The notes below the pieces were generated by a model. That model made no database searches. It had not been told where the DNA came from and worked only from the letters and a program-made list of their open reading frames with translations. A DNA stretch of 64,000 nt from Thermoplasmata archaeon (GTDB lineage: Archaea; Thermoplasmatota; Thermoplasmata; RBG-16-68-12): assembly GCA_036395115.1 (NCBI GenBank), contig DASWDU010000001.1, forward strand, positions 558-64,557. Reading direction: 5' to 3'. The number at the start of each line of letters is the position of its first letter. Positions within the stretch are counted from its first letter, which is position 1. The position numbers were made by a program, and so were the translations under genes. Positions 50,995 to 60,184 of the stretch are shown here, in pieces.

Positions 50995-51241
50995 CACTGC
51001 TGCCCCCTTGAGCGAACTGTTGCCGGCCCTCTGGTTCGTGCCCATCCTGCTCCTAGCCATCACCGACCGCGTCCGCAAAGGCCGCAGCTGACCGAGAAAT
51101 CCCTACGGAGCCGCCTGTCCTCCTCGCGGTGGTCTGCTTAGCTGTCCCCTGCTGACTGTCCCGCGGCCCGTTGTCTCATTCGCTCTCTCCATCTATATAC
51201 TCCGGGAATACTATGCGGCTTCTAGGAGAGGGCTGAGGGTA

Positions 51242-51697
51242 ATGACCGTCGAACAGAACCTTCGTATGGTTGAAGCCGCGTTCGAAGCAATCAACGACCA
51301 AGACTGGGACCACCTGTTTGGGCTCCATATGGACAATATCGTCATGTCTTCCCCGGACCTGCCCGTTCCGGTGCAAGGTCGGGAAGCGGTCCAGGAACGG
51401 CTTCGGGCGTGGGGCGAGGCCCTTCCGGATCTCTCGTGGAAGAAACTGCGGGGTTTCGGACAGGGGGACTGGGTGTGCGTGGAACTCCTCATCTCGGGAA
51501 CGCACAAAGGGCCGCTTCGCCACGGCCTCGATCAGGCGGCACTTGAACAAGGCAAGGAGGGGTACGTTCCGCCCACTGGGCAGCGCATCGAGCTTCGAGG
51601 GTGCGTCGTGTACAAGGTGGAACAAGGCGAGATTGCCGAGAGCCACATCTACTACGACCAACTCGAGCTGATGAAGCAGCTGAGGCTCGTGCCTTAG
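51242..51697 (+). CDS. SnoaL-like / ester-cyclase (NTF2-fold) protein
   Basis: NLRMVEAAFEAINDQDWD and GREAV..RLRAW..ALPDLSW, followed by Y.DQLELMKQLG-like ending (YYDQLELMKQLRL). Confidence 0.75.
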   Translation: MTVEQNLRMVEAAFEAINDQDWDHLFGLHMDNIVMSSPDLPVPVQGREAVQERLRAWGEALPDLSWKKLRGFGQGDWVCVELLISGTHKGPLRHGLDQAALEQGKEGYVPPTGQRIELRGCVVYKVEQGEIAESHIYYDQLELMKQLRLVP

Positions 51698-51761
51698 AAG
51701 CGCGCCGGGGAGGCCTTAGATAAAACGGTCGACAATCGGGTCGGCGACGGGACGCGGAGCT

Positions 51762-52349
51762 TTGGAGTATTCCACGAAAGAGCTGACGAAGCGTACGTTG
51801 CCGGACTTCGAGCGCCTCTTCGAGAAACGTCCGGCGCCCGGCGCGTTCGGGTGTTGGTGCATGTATCATCAGCGGGCCGGCCCCTTGGCCGCCAGCGACC
51901 GCCTCGAGTCCAGGGCCGAGGGAGCCGCTAGGCACCGGGACGAGAAGCGAGAACTCGTGGAGAGAGGGCGGTCCCACGGGATCTTGGTCTACTCGGACGG
52001 CGACCCGGTGGGATGGTGCCAATTCGGTCCGAGGGACGAGCTCCCTCGCGTCGACGGCGATCGGGGTTACCGGAGGCTCCTCCCGGAAGGCGACACGGAG
52101 CGACTTTGGAGGATCACGTGCTTTGTCGTCGAAGGCAAGCACCGCCGCCGTGGGGTCTCAAGCGTCGCCCTGAAGGCCGCCATGGACGCGATACGCCGCA
52201 GGGGAGGGGGTCTCGTCGAGGCCTATCCGATCGCCCGCTGGGGAGCCTACCGAGAGTACTTCGGAACGGTCTCGATGTTCGAGAGGGAGGGATTCAAGAT
52301 CGTGGCGCCATTCGGAAAGAGCAACGTCGTCATGCGTCGGAAGATATGA
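51762..52349 (+). CDS. GNAT-family N-acetyltransferase
   Basis: TTG start. GCWCMY lies near the N-terminus. The acetyl-CoA motif A is ITCFVVEGKHRRRGVSSVALKAAMDAIRRRGG. Confidence 0.75.
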   Translation: MEYSTKELTKRTLPDFERLFEKRPAPGAFGCWCMYHQRAGPLAASDRLESRAEGAARHRDEKRELVERGRSHGILVYSDGDPVGWCQFGPRDELPRVDGDRGYRRLLPEGDTERLWRITCFVVEGKHRRRGVSSVALKAAMDAIRRRGGGLVEAYPIARWGAYREYFGTVSMFEREGFKIVAPFGKSNVVMRRKI

Positions 52350-52452
52350 ACGGATAGAAACGGATCAACCAGGGCACAGAGGCTCCGCAGGGTCCTCCCC
52401 TGCGTCCTGTCCGGTTCGGTGACCCGCCTTCGCGGCGTCCGAACCCCCGCTC

Positions 52453-52638
52453 TCACGACGGGGGATTCCGGCCTCGCATGACGTACGCCCGGTAGGGTGC
52501 GTACAGTCCCAGGAGGGCTGCCACCGGAATCACCTGCCCGCAGAGCTGCCCCAGCTCATACCCTGCGAAAACGATGACGAACACCGTGAAGAGAACGACG
52601 ACGATGAGGGCGACGAGCAGGATCTCCCCGGCATCCAT
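52453..52638 (-). CDS. Small hypothetical membrane protein
   Basis: ORF 52453..52716. ATG 52638 is preceded by GGTGGAGG about 9 nt upstream. The product has two TM helices. Confidence 0.4.
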   Translation of the reverse strand: MDAGEILLVALIVVVLFTVFVIVFAGYELGQLCGQVIPVAALLGLYAPYRAYVMRGRNPPS

Positions 52639-52889
52639 ATGCTTCGAGCCTCCACCTAAATCACGGACGGCGATTCGGGGTAGGACTTTGTCATCGGCAT
52701 CAGCTGCGTTGCCCACCCTCGACCCAAGGGCGTTAGCCTCCCCCGATGCAAATCCCCCTGAACGATGATAATACTTTCTGTGCGCGGACCGCTAGCGACT
52801 CCGGGGGCAGGCTCAACGTCACGCGGCTCCGGGTTTTGTCACGCCTCCCCCGAGAACCTTTATGCAGACCGCCTCGCATCCAATGGGCG

Positions 52890-55800
52890 ATGCGGGTCGC
52901 CGACGTGGGGCTCGATCCTCGGATCGTCGAGATCCTGAAGAAACAGGGGATCGAGGAGCTGTATCCGCCGCAGGCCGAGGCGATCGGTCCCGCGCTGCTC
53001 GGCGAGAACCTCGTCCTCGCCATCCCGACCGCGAGCGGCAAGTCCCTCGTGGCCTATTTGGCGATCCTCGCGTCCGTCCTCCGCGGGGGCAAGGCCCTCT
53101 ACATCGTCCCGTTGCGAGCCCTCGCTGCGGAGAAGTACGAGGACCTGAAGGAGTTCGAGTCGCTCGGCCTCAGAGTCGGCATCAGCGTCGGGGACTACGA
53201 CTCGATCGATCCGTCCCTCGAGAGGTTCGACGTCATCGTCGCGACGTCCGAACGCGCCGATTCTCTCCTGCGGCACCGGATCAACTGGCTCCAGCAGCTG
53301 ACAGTTGTCGTGGCGGACGAGGTCCACCTGATCAACGACGGGGACCGCGGGCCCACCCTGGAGGTGACGCTCGCGAAGCTGCGGCAAGTCAACCCCAAGG
53401 CGCAGGTGCTCGCTCTGAGCGCCACGATCAAGAACTCCGGCCAGCTCGCGAAGTGGCTCGAAGCCGAACACGTCAAGAGCGAGTGGCGGCCGGTCCCCCT
53501 GAAGGAGGGCGTGTACCATGAGGGCCTCGTCCACTTCGTCGACCAATCCGTGCAGGAAGTGAAGGCCGGCGAGGACGACATCTCGGGGCTCGTGACGGAC
53601 ATCATGGCATCTGGCGGACAGGCTCTAATCTTTGTGAATACCCGTCGGTCCACCGAAGCGCTCGCTAAGGCCCTTGCGTCCCATGTGCGGGATCAACTCG
53701 GCGAAAAACGCCACGACCAGTTGAAGAAAGTAGCCGAAGGCCTCGCGGCCGCGCAGGACGAGCCGACTTCAATGGGTGCACGCCTTGCCCGGTGCATTGA
53801 AAGCGGGGTTGCTTTTCACAATGCGGGACTGACCAACGCGCAGCGCGGCGTTGTGGAGAAGGAGTTCAGAAAGGGTCGCATCGCGTGCATCGTCGCAACT
53901 CCTACCTTGTGTCTACATCCGGACACAATGATTACCACTCAGCGCGGACCCGTTCCGATTTCTCGGATACGGAAGGGCGACATGGTGTTGACTGACCGGG
54001 GGGTCTTCCGCAAAGTCCTCGGAACGAGCAGACGGTCCTTCGCAGGCGATCTGATCGAGATCAAGGCTGATGGCATGGTACCGGTTCTGATGACCCCGGG
54101 CCACAGGGTGCTCACGAACACCCAATACCGTTACGGATACCACGCCGGGGGTGTATCGTGGCACGAAATCCGTAGGAGCGAACCGGTTTGGGTAACCGCA
54201 CGGAGACTGGCTGTTGGCGACCAAGTTCAGTCACCTGTGGAGTGCCCTTGGTCGATGGCGGATGGCGGGAGCCCCATGCTCCAGATTCATCGCCGGGAGT
54301 TCGTCGGCAGGAATCAGTTCGGGTCAGTGTTCCCTCATCCGAACGCGATACCGGTTCCCCAGCAGGTGCCGCTGGATGGTACGGTTGCGCGGTTCCTCGG
54401 TCTGTATGCCGCAGAGGGATACACTGGGCGAAATGGCATTGTTGGATTTGCCGTCGCTACGTCTGAGGAAGGCTTGACCCGGTTCATTACGTCGACGATG
54501 AGGAATGTCTTCCATGCGATGCCGAGGATTTCCGACACCACGAGACACCGTCGCAACATACGTTGTTGCTCAAGAGCGATGGCACAATATTTTGACGAAG
54601 CCGTTGGTCGCGGCGCGGCGAACAAACACTTCCCCGAAGAACTTCTCTCCGCGCCTCCCGAGATTATCGAACGATTGCTCCGGGGGCTATACGAAGGAGA
54701 CGGGGCCATCCAGCCAAGCGGGGCTAACCGAGCCCGTCTCACGACCGTCTCGCCAAGGTTGGCCGATCAAGTCGTGCGAATGCTGAAACGGCTCGGGTAC
54801 ATGCCCTCTGTGTCGATCAGCCCTCCCCACGGCATCGGCAAACGCCCTCAATACCATGTGAAACTCAGCGGCAGACATGGAGTCGACTTCCTCACGTCTG
54901 TGATGGGGCTGCCACCTGCGAAAATCCGACTCGGGAACCGCACTTACAACACGAAAGAATTCGCCGATAACTCCTTCCGATCGACGGTGCGCAGGATCCG
55001 GAAAGTACCCTATTCCGGACCGGTGTACAACCTGCACGTTCACGGCGACCAGAGCTATACCTGCGCCTTCGGATTCGTGGTCCACAATTCAGCTGGAATC
55101 AACCTCCCAGCCCGGCGTGTCATCATCCGAGATTTGAATCGGTTCGACGTGAACTTCGGCCTCACACCGATCCCGGTCCTCGAAATCAAACAGATGTGCG
55201 GCCGGGCCGGCCGGCCGAAGTACGACAAATACGGCGAGGCGATCCTCTTTGCCAAGGACATCGACGAGATCGATGATCTCATGGACGAGTACTTCCGGAG
55301 CGAGCCGGAAGCCATCGAATCGAAGCTCGGATCCGAGCCCGCTCTCCGGATGCACGTCCTCGCGAGCGTCGCGACGGGCCACGTGAACTCGGAAGAGGAC
55401 CTCCTGGCGTTCTTCAATCGCACCTTCTTCGCGTTCACCGGGGACGTCCACGAGATCCACGGGAAGATCCGCGAGGTCCTCGACTTCCTCGAGAAGGAGG
55501 ACTTCATCACGCGCCGCGACGGCTTCCTGAAGGCGACGTTCTTCGGGAAGCGGACGAGCGATCTGTACATCGATCCGCTCAGCGCGGTCAAGATGCGAGA
55601 CGCGCTGCGAGAGGCTCGCGACGACGCGCTATACCACCTGTGGACGATCTGCTCGACGCCCGACATGCCGAAACTCTACCTCCGCCGAGGCGACTATGCG
55701 TGGGTCGAGCAGAAGATTGAGGAGGCCGACCTCACGTTCCCGGTCGAAGACTACGACTTCTTCCTCGCCGAGGTGAAGACGGCCTCTCTGCTGCACGATT

Positions 55801-56216
55801 GGATCGCCGAGCGGACGGAGGAAGAGGTCACGAAGAAGTTCGGGATCGGGCCCGGGGACGTCCGGCGGATGACGGATCAGGGAGAGTGGCTCCTGTACTC
55901 GATGGCCGAGCTCGGGAAGATCTTCAACAAGAAGAAGGTCCGCGCGCTCACGCGTCTCACAATCCAGGTGCAGTACGGCGTCAAGGAGGAACTCCTCGAG
56001 CTCATCTCCCTCCGGGGCGTCGGCCGGGTTCGCGGCCGCGCGCTGTTCCAGCGCGGATTCAAGACCCTAAAGGATCTGCAGAAGGCGAATCCGAACGACC
56101 TCGCGCGCATCCCCACGATCGGACCGACGTTGGCGGTGAAAATCAAGGAGCAGGTCGGAGCGCCCGTCGACGTCCGTGAAGTCGAAGGACAGGCGGCGCT
56201 GGGGGACTTCACGTGA
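52890..56216 (+). CDS. hel308: Hel308/Ski2-like ATP-dependent DNA helicase, interrupted by an intein
   Basis: ORF 52746..56216. ATG 52890 (MRVADVGLDPRIVEILKKQGIEELYPPQ). Motif I is IPTASGKS and motif II is DEVH. Motif V, ATPTL / SAGINLPA, is split by the intein. The C-terminal HhH domain reads LISLRGVGRVRGRALF. Confidence 0.95.
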   Translation: MRVADVGLDPRIVEILKKQGIEELYPPQAEAIGPALLGENLVLAIPTASGKSLVAYLAILASVLRGGKALYIVPLRALAAEKYEDLKEFESLGLRVGISVGDYDSIDPSLERFDVIVATSERADSLLRHRINWLQQLTVVVADEVHLINDGDRGPTLEVTLAKLRQVNPKAQVLALSATIKNSGQLAKWLEAEHVKSEWRPVPLKEGVYHEGLVHFVDQSVQEVKAGEDDISGLVTDIMASGGQALIFVNTRRSTEALAKALASHVRDQLGEKRHDQLKKVAEGLAAAQDEPTSMGARLARCIESGVAFHNAGLTNAQRGVVEKEFRKGRIACIVATPTLCLHPDTMITTQRGPVPISRIRKGDMVLTDRGVFRKVLGTSRRSFAGDLIEIKADGMVPVLMTPGHRVLTNTQYRYGYHAGGVSWHEIRRSEPVWVTARRLAVGDQVQSPVECPWSMADGGSPMLQIHRREFVGRNQFGSVFPHPNAIPVPQQVPLDGTVARFLGLYAAEGYTGRNGIVGFAVATSEEGLTRFITSTMRNVFHAMPRISDTTRHRRNIRCCSRAMAQYFDEAVGRGAANKHFPEELLSAPPEIIERLLRGLYEGDGAIQPSGANRARLTTVSPRLADQVVRMLKRLGYMPSVSISPPHGIGKRPQYHVKLSGRHGVDFLTSVMGLPPAKIRLGNRTYNTKEFADNSFRSTVRRIRKVPYSGPVYNLHVHGDQSYTCAFGFVVHNSAGINLPARRVIIRDLNRFDVNFGLTPIPVLEIKQMCGRAGRPKYDKYGEAILFAKDIDEIDDLMDEYFRSEPEAIESKLGSEPALRMHVLASVATGHVNSEEDLLAFFNRTFFAFTGDVHEIHGKIREVLDFLEKEDFITRRDGFLKATFFGKRTSDLYIDPLSAVKMRDALREARDDALYHLWTICSTPDMPKLYLRRGDYAWVEQKIEEADLTFPVEDYDFFLAEVKTASLLHDWIAERTEEEVTKKFGIGPGDVRRMTDQGEWLLYSMAELGKIFNKKKVRALTRLTIQVQYGVKEELLELISLRGVGRVRGRALFQRGFKTLKDLQKANPNDLARIPTIGPTLAVKIKEQVGAPVDVREVEGQAALGDFT
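53910..55088 (+). mobile_element. Full-length intein (393 aa) with a LAGLIDADG homing-endonuclease domain
   Basis: Block A is CLHPDTMITT and block B is TPGHRVLT. The LAGLIDADG motifs are FLGLYAAEGYT and LLRGLYEGDGAI. Blocks F/G are VYNLHVHGD...FGFVVHN, followed by the +1 Ser. G+C is visibly lower than in the exteins. Confidence 0.9.
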
Positions 56217-56707
56217 CGTACGCGGTCGCCGGCGCCCGCGGCATCATCGGGGACCCCGAGAAGACCATCGAGGACGTCCACAAATGGGCGTCCGCGCGCG
56301 GTGGGGACGTCCTCGTGGCCGACGCCAAGGCGGTCTTCGGCCGAGACCACCTGGAAACGGCCGTGCGGCATGCGATGCGCGCCGAGGCCGCGAAGACGAT
56401 GATTTCTCATTCCGTCTCCATGGAGACCTTGCGGTACCTGTCGGCCCAACGGCAAGTGTCGGATGCGATCCGAGTCGCGGGGATCCGCCGGGGCACCCGC
56501 GGGCTGGCCATCGTCGCCTTCGGAGCGGCATCGCTCGACGACCTGCTGGCGGAGTTCGGATGGACGCGCGACGACGACGTCCTCCGAGCGGAGCGGAAGT
56601 CGCTCCGGATCCTCGGCGTGTCCGAGGCGGAAGCCGCCACGGTGTCCCCGGAGTCCCAGGTCGACCTCGTCCTGGAGAAGGTCGCGCTGCTCGATGTGTT
56701 CCGGTGA
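56213..56707 (+). CDS. cgi121: KEOPS complex subunit Cgi121
   Basis: The GTG start overlaps the hel308 stop (GTGA). TLRYLSAQRQVSDAIRVAG and VLEKVALLDV match the Cgi121 blocks (compare ...SGQRQIHEAIKIIG... and ...VLEKIALIEL in M. jannaschii, as recalled from memory). Confidence 0.75.
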   Translation: MTYAVAGARGIIGDPEKTIEDVHKWASARGGDVLVADAKAVFGRDHLETAVRHAMRAEAAKTMISHSVSMETLRYLSAQRQVSDAIRVAGIRRGTRGLAIVAFGAASLDDLLAEFGWTRDDDVLRAERKSLRILGVSEAEAATVSPESQVDLVLEKVALLDVFR

Positions 56708-56710
56708 GAA

Positions 56711-56794
56711 TGCGGCGGCCAGGATTCGAACCTGGGAACCCCTGCGGGACGAGACCCTAAATCTCGCGCCGTTTCCGTGCTTGGCTACCGCCGC
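56711..56794 (-). tRNA. tRNA-Leu (anticodon UAG), class II with a long variable arm
   Basis: GCGGCGG TA GCC AAGCACGGAAAC GGC G CGAGA TTTAGGG TCTCG TCCCGCAGGGGTTC CCAGG TTCGAAT CCTGG CCGCCGC A. Length is 84 nt. Confidence 0.9.
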
Positions 56795-56848
56795 GCGGGA
56801 CGGAAGCCTCGCGGACGTAGAAAAGGATTCTCGCCGTGGGAAAGTTAC

Positions 56849-57793
56849 ATGGCCGCCTCGGCCATGAGGGCTCCGATGGCCTTCGAGCGCCTTCCGTTCG
56901 ACCCGGAGACGCACCTCGTCGACGTGCGCATGTTCCAGCAGGAGGGCTTCGGCGCGATCTACCTGATCGACGACGAGCGTAAGGCGATCGTCGAGACGGG
57001 CACGTCGTGGGACGCGGGGCGCATCCTCGAGGCGGTGCGGTCCTTCGGCTTGAGGCCGGCGGACGTCGACGCCTTGATCGTGTCGCACATCCACCTCGAT
57101 CACGCCGGCGGAGCGGGCTTCCTGCTCGACGAGATGCCCCACGCCAAGGTGTACGTCCACGAGCGCGGTTTCAAACATCTGGCCGATCCGACGCGGCTGC
57201 TCGCGAGCGCCCAGGAGGCCCTTGGCCCGGAGGAGTCGCAGGCGTTCGGCACGATGCGCCCGATTCCCGCGGACCGCCTCGTCGCGGTCAAGGACGGCGA
57301 TCGCCTGGAACTCGGCAAACACGCGTTGCGGTTCCTCGACTCCCCCGGGCACGCGCCGCACGAGCTGACGATCCTCGACGAGCGCACCCGGTCGCTGTAC
57401 ACGGGGGACGCGGCGGGGCTGTACTTCCCCGGGGACGAGATCCTCATGCCGATCGCCCCCGCGCCCTCGTTCGACCTCGGCGAGAACCTCGAGACGCTCC
57501 AGCGGATCCTCGCCCTCGAGCCGAGGGCCCTCCTCTTCAGCCACTACGGGCCGCACTCGAATCCGAAGGACGCGATCGATGCGATGATGATCGCCTACCC
57601 GGCGTGGGCGCGGGTGGTGAAGGAGCGGCTCGCCTCGAAGGGCCCGGACGGGGTCTTGCGGCAACTGTACGACATGAGCTGCCGCGCCGCGAAGCGCTAT
57701 CCCAGGGAGTTCCTCGAGCGTCGGATCCGAACGAGCATCACGGGCCTCGCGGCCTACCACGAACGGATGGAACATGCTGCCCCCGTCCGTTGA
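56849..57793 (+). CDS. MBL-fold metallo-hydrolase
   Basis: ORF 56777..57793. ATG 56849. Motifs are SHIHLDHAGG (HxHxDH) and LDSPGHAPHE. Confidence 0.85.
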   Translation: MAASAMRAPMAFERLPFDPETHLVDVRMFQQEGFGAIYLIDDERKAIVETGTSWDAGRILEAVRSFGLRPADVDALIVSHIHLDHAGGAGFLLDEMPHAKVYVHERGFKHLADPTRLLASAQEALGPEESQAFGTMRPIPADRLVAVKDGDRLELGKHALRFLDSPGHAPHELTILDERTRSLYTGDAAGLYFPGDEILMPIAPAPSFDLGENLETLQRILALEPRALLFSHYGPHSNPKDAIDAMMIAYPAWARVVKERLASKGPDGVLRQLYDMSCRAAKRYPREFLERRIRTSITGLAAYHERMEHAAPVR

Positions 57794-58667
57794 GGAGGCG
57801 ATCCGGGGGATCGCGGAGGACCGCACGAGCGGCGCGTCGAAGCTCGCGCGCCTCGCCCTGGAGGTCATGGGGCTCGCGATCATGGAGGCGAAGGGACGTC
57901 CGGATCCCAAGGACCTCGCAGAGGCCGCCCGGCGGATTTCCGACGCACAACCCGCGATGTCGATCGTCCACAACGTCGCGCATCTGGTCGCCCAGCTGGT
58001 CGGCGAAGGCCAGGAGCCGAAGGCGGTCTTCGAGACGACCCGGGAGGAGCTCGATGCGGCCCGGGAGAAGATCGCGCGCACGTTCCTCAAGGTCGCCCCG
58101 GACCGTGGGGCCGTCGTCACGGTGAGTTACAGCGAAAACGTCCTCGAGGCCCTGCGGACCGCGCACGGGAGGGGACGGGTCGACCGGGTGTTCGTCATGG
58201 AGTCCCGGCCGCTCTTCGAAGGCCGCACGCTCGCGAAGGACCTCGGGGCCGCGGGGATTCCCGTGACGCTCGTCGCCGATACGGTCGGTCCGTCGCTCAT
58301 GGACGACGCCGCGTGCGCGCTCGTCGGCGCCGATGCCGTCTTGCGCGATGCGGCCGTCGTGAACAAGGTCGGCACGTACGGGCTCGCGCTCGCCGCGATG
58401 GATCGGAAGAAGCCGTTCTACGTCGCGTGCGAGTCCCTGAAGTTCGATGCCCGCTACGACGCGGCCTCGTGGCCCGTCCCCGGTCCGCGTCCGCCCGAGG
58501 AGGTGTGGGACGCGCGGGGCGATCGGATCGAGGTCCTCAATCGATACTTCGAGATCACCCCGGGCCGCCTTGTGACGACCACAGTGACGGAGCGGGGCAC
58601 GTACGCCCCAGACGTCATCCGGACGATGCTCGCCCAGGCCCGGGCTCCCCGACCCGTGCGCGGGTGA
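57774..58667 (+). CDS. eIF-2B alpha/beta/delta-family protein (aIF-2BII / ribose-1,5-bisphosphate isomerase-like)
   Basis: IAEDRTSGASKLA, VFVMESRPLFEGRTLAKDL..AGIPVTLVAD and VGADAVLRDAAVVNKVGTY. Confidence 0.8.
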   Translation: MLPPSVEEAIRGIAEDRTSGASKLARLALEVMGLAIMEAKGRPDPKDLAEAARRISDAQPAMSIVHNVAHLVAQLVGEGQEPKAVFETTREELDAAREKIARTFLKVAPDRGAVVTVSYSENVLEALRTAHGRGRVDRVFVMESRPLFEGRTLAKDLGAAGIPVTLVADTVGPSLMDDAACALVGADAVLRDAAVVNKVGTYGLALAAMDRKKPFYVACESLKFDARYDAASWPVPGPRPPEEVWDARGDRIEVLNRYFEITPGRLVTTTVTERGTYAPDVIRTMLAQARAPRPVRG

Positions 58668-58710
58668 CGTCGCAGGCATATCGTTGTCACCCAGGTTCAT
58701 ATAGCCGGCC

Positions 58711-58727
58711 CTATAACGCGGTTATAG
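58711..58727. promoter_or_regulatory. 17-bp palindrome CTATAAC-GCG-GTTATAG immediately upstream of the DsrE-like gene
   Basis: Read directly from the sequence. It ends 6 nt before ATG 58733. TATA-like TCATATAG (58698-58705) lies about 30 nt upstream of the ATG. Confidence 0.5.
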
Positions 58728-58732
58728 AGACC

Positions 58733-59113
58733 ATGGGACAACAGGAGCTGCACATCGTGCTCGTGTCGAACGACCCGAACCGCGCCTACCCGGCGTTCCA
58801 GCTCGCGATGGGCGCCGCGGCGATGGGACACAAGGCCCGCGTGTATGCGACGACGGCCGGCTTGGACCTCCTGCGGAAGGGCGCCGCGGACAAGGTCCAG
58901 CTCCCGGGCTATCCGCCGCTCGGGCAGATCCTGCGGGACGCGATCAAGTACGGCGCGGAGGTGTGCGCCTGCGCCGCCTCGAGCGACATCCTGAAGGGTC
59001 AGGGCATCACCCCGGAGACGGTCGAGCCGGGCGTCAAGCTCGAGGACATGATCGGCTTCCTGAACGAGGCGCTGCCCGCCGCGAAGGACGGCGGCGTCGT
59101 GACGTTCATCTGA
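58733..59113 (+). CDS. DsrE/DsrF-like sulfur-relay family protein
   Basis: This is the tail of ORF 58313..59113. ATG 58733 gives MGQQELHIVLVSNDPNRAYPAFQLAMGAAAMG...VCACAASSDI, a DsrE-fold layout with a conserved Cys. Confidence 0.7.
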   Translation: MGQQELHIVLVSNDPNRAYPAFQLAMGAAAMGHKARVYATTAGLDLLRKGAADKVQLPGYPPLGQILRDAIKYGAEVCACAASSDILKGQGITPETVEPGVKLEDMIGFLNEALPAAKDGGVVTFI

Positions 59114-59121
59114 GCGAGACC

Positions 59122-59379
59122 ATGCACGCGACGGGACTCCTCGAGCGGAACGCGATGCCGGCCCGCGTCGTCGACACCCGGGGCCTCCTCTGCCCCTATC
59201 CGTTCATCGAGGCGAAACGAGCCCTCGAGTCGCTTCCCTCCGGAGCGGAGCTTGAGATCCTGACCGACAGCGAGCCGACCGCCGTGTCGTCGATCCCAAT
59301 TCTCTGCGCGCAAGGCGGATATCCGTTCGCGAGCGCACGACGCGGCGACGTCTGGCAGATCGTCATCCGGAAGCCATAG
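59122..59379 (+). CDS. TusA/SirA-like sulfurtransferase
   Basis: This is the tail of ORF 58963..59379. ATG 59122, with 59155 as an alternative. VDTRGLLCPYPFIEAKRAL carries the CPxP motif. Confidence 0.8.
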   Translation: MHATGLLERNAMPARVVDTRGLLCPYPFIEAKRALESLPSGAELEILTDSEPTAVSSIPILCAQGGYPFASARRGDVWQIVIRKP

Positions 59380-59418
59380 CCCCAAATCTTCATCCGCGCC
59401 GGGCCGGTACGACCGCCG

Positions 59419-59805
59419 ATGCTCGGCGGGGAGCCGCAGGGACTCGATCCGATCGAGGAGGGCATCCGCCTCTTCAACGACCGGTACTTCTTCGAGGCGC
59501 ACGAAGTCCTCGAGGCTGTGTGGCGTGAGGAGCACGGCGAGTCGAAGCTATTCCTCCAGGGCCTCATCCAAATCTGCGCGGCGTACCATCACACGCAGAA
59601 CGGCAACGCGATCGGCGCGGTGACTCTCCTGGAGCGGGGCGCGGAGAAGATCCGGCGGTACCCGCCGGGCTATCTCGGCATCGATACGGCCCCCCTGCTC
59701 GCCCACATCGAGGCAGACCGCGCTCGCCTCGGGAGGATGCAGCGCGGGGAGGAGCCGGAGGCGACCCTCGACTTCCCCCGAATCGAGCGCAAACGTCAAA
59801 CCTGA
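59419..59805 (+). CDS. DUF309-domain protein
   Basis: LFNDRYFFEAHEVLEAVWRE....KLFLQGLIQICAAYHH matches the DUF309 signature. Confidence 0.8.
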   Translation: MLGGEPQGLDPIEEGIRLFNDRYFFEAHEVLEAVWREEHGESKLFLQGLIQICAAYHHTQNGNAIGAVTLLERGAEKIRRYPPGYLGIDTAPLLAHIEADRARLGRMQRGEEPEATLDFPRIERKRQT

Positions 59806-60184
59806 CCGACTCGGAACATAGGAGTGGAGTCGTTTCCATGATCCAAACTCTCGATTTCGGAGGCTTCGACGTTCGGATGCGAGCCCGCGTCGAGGGACGA
59901 TTGCGGCCCTGCAAGGGCGCGGCATCCGAACGATCTACGTCCTCGGGCGCGATAGAACAGCCCGTGCGGTGGCCGCCGGGCCCTCGTGTTCGGGCGGCCG
60001 CAAGTCATCTAAGGCGGGGATCGACAAACTCGCGTCGACCCTCGAGGAGGCGTGAGGCGGTGCGCGAGATTGCGCCGCCGCTGGAGGCTGAGGACGAAGC
60101 TGACGAGAGCGCCCCGGCTTCATCGGGGAGCCTCTCGGTCCTGGCACCCGCTCCGCCGGAGACGATGGGAGTGACGGACGGCTC

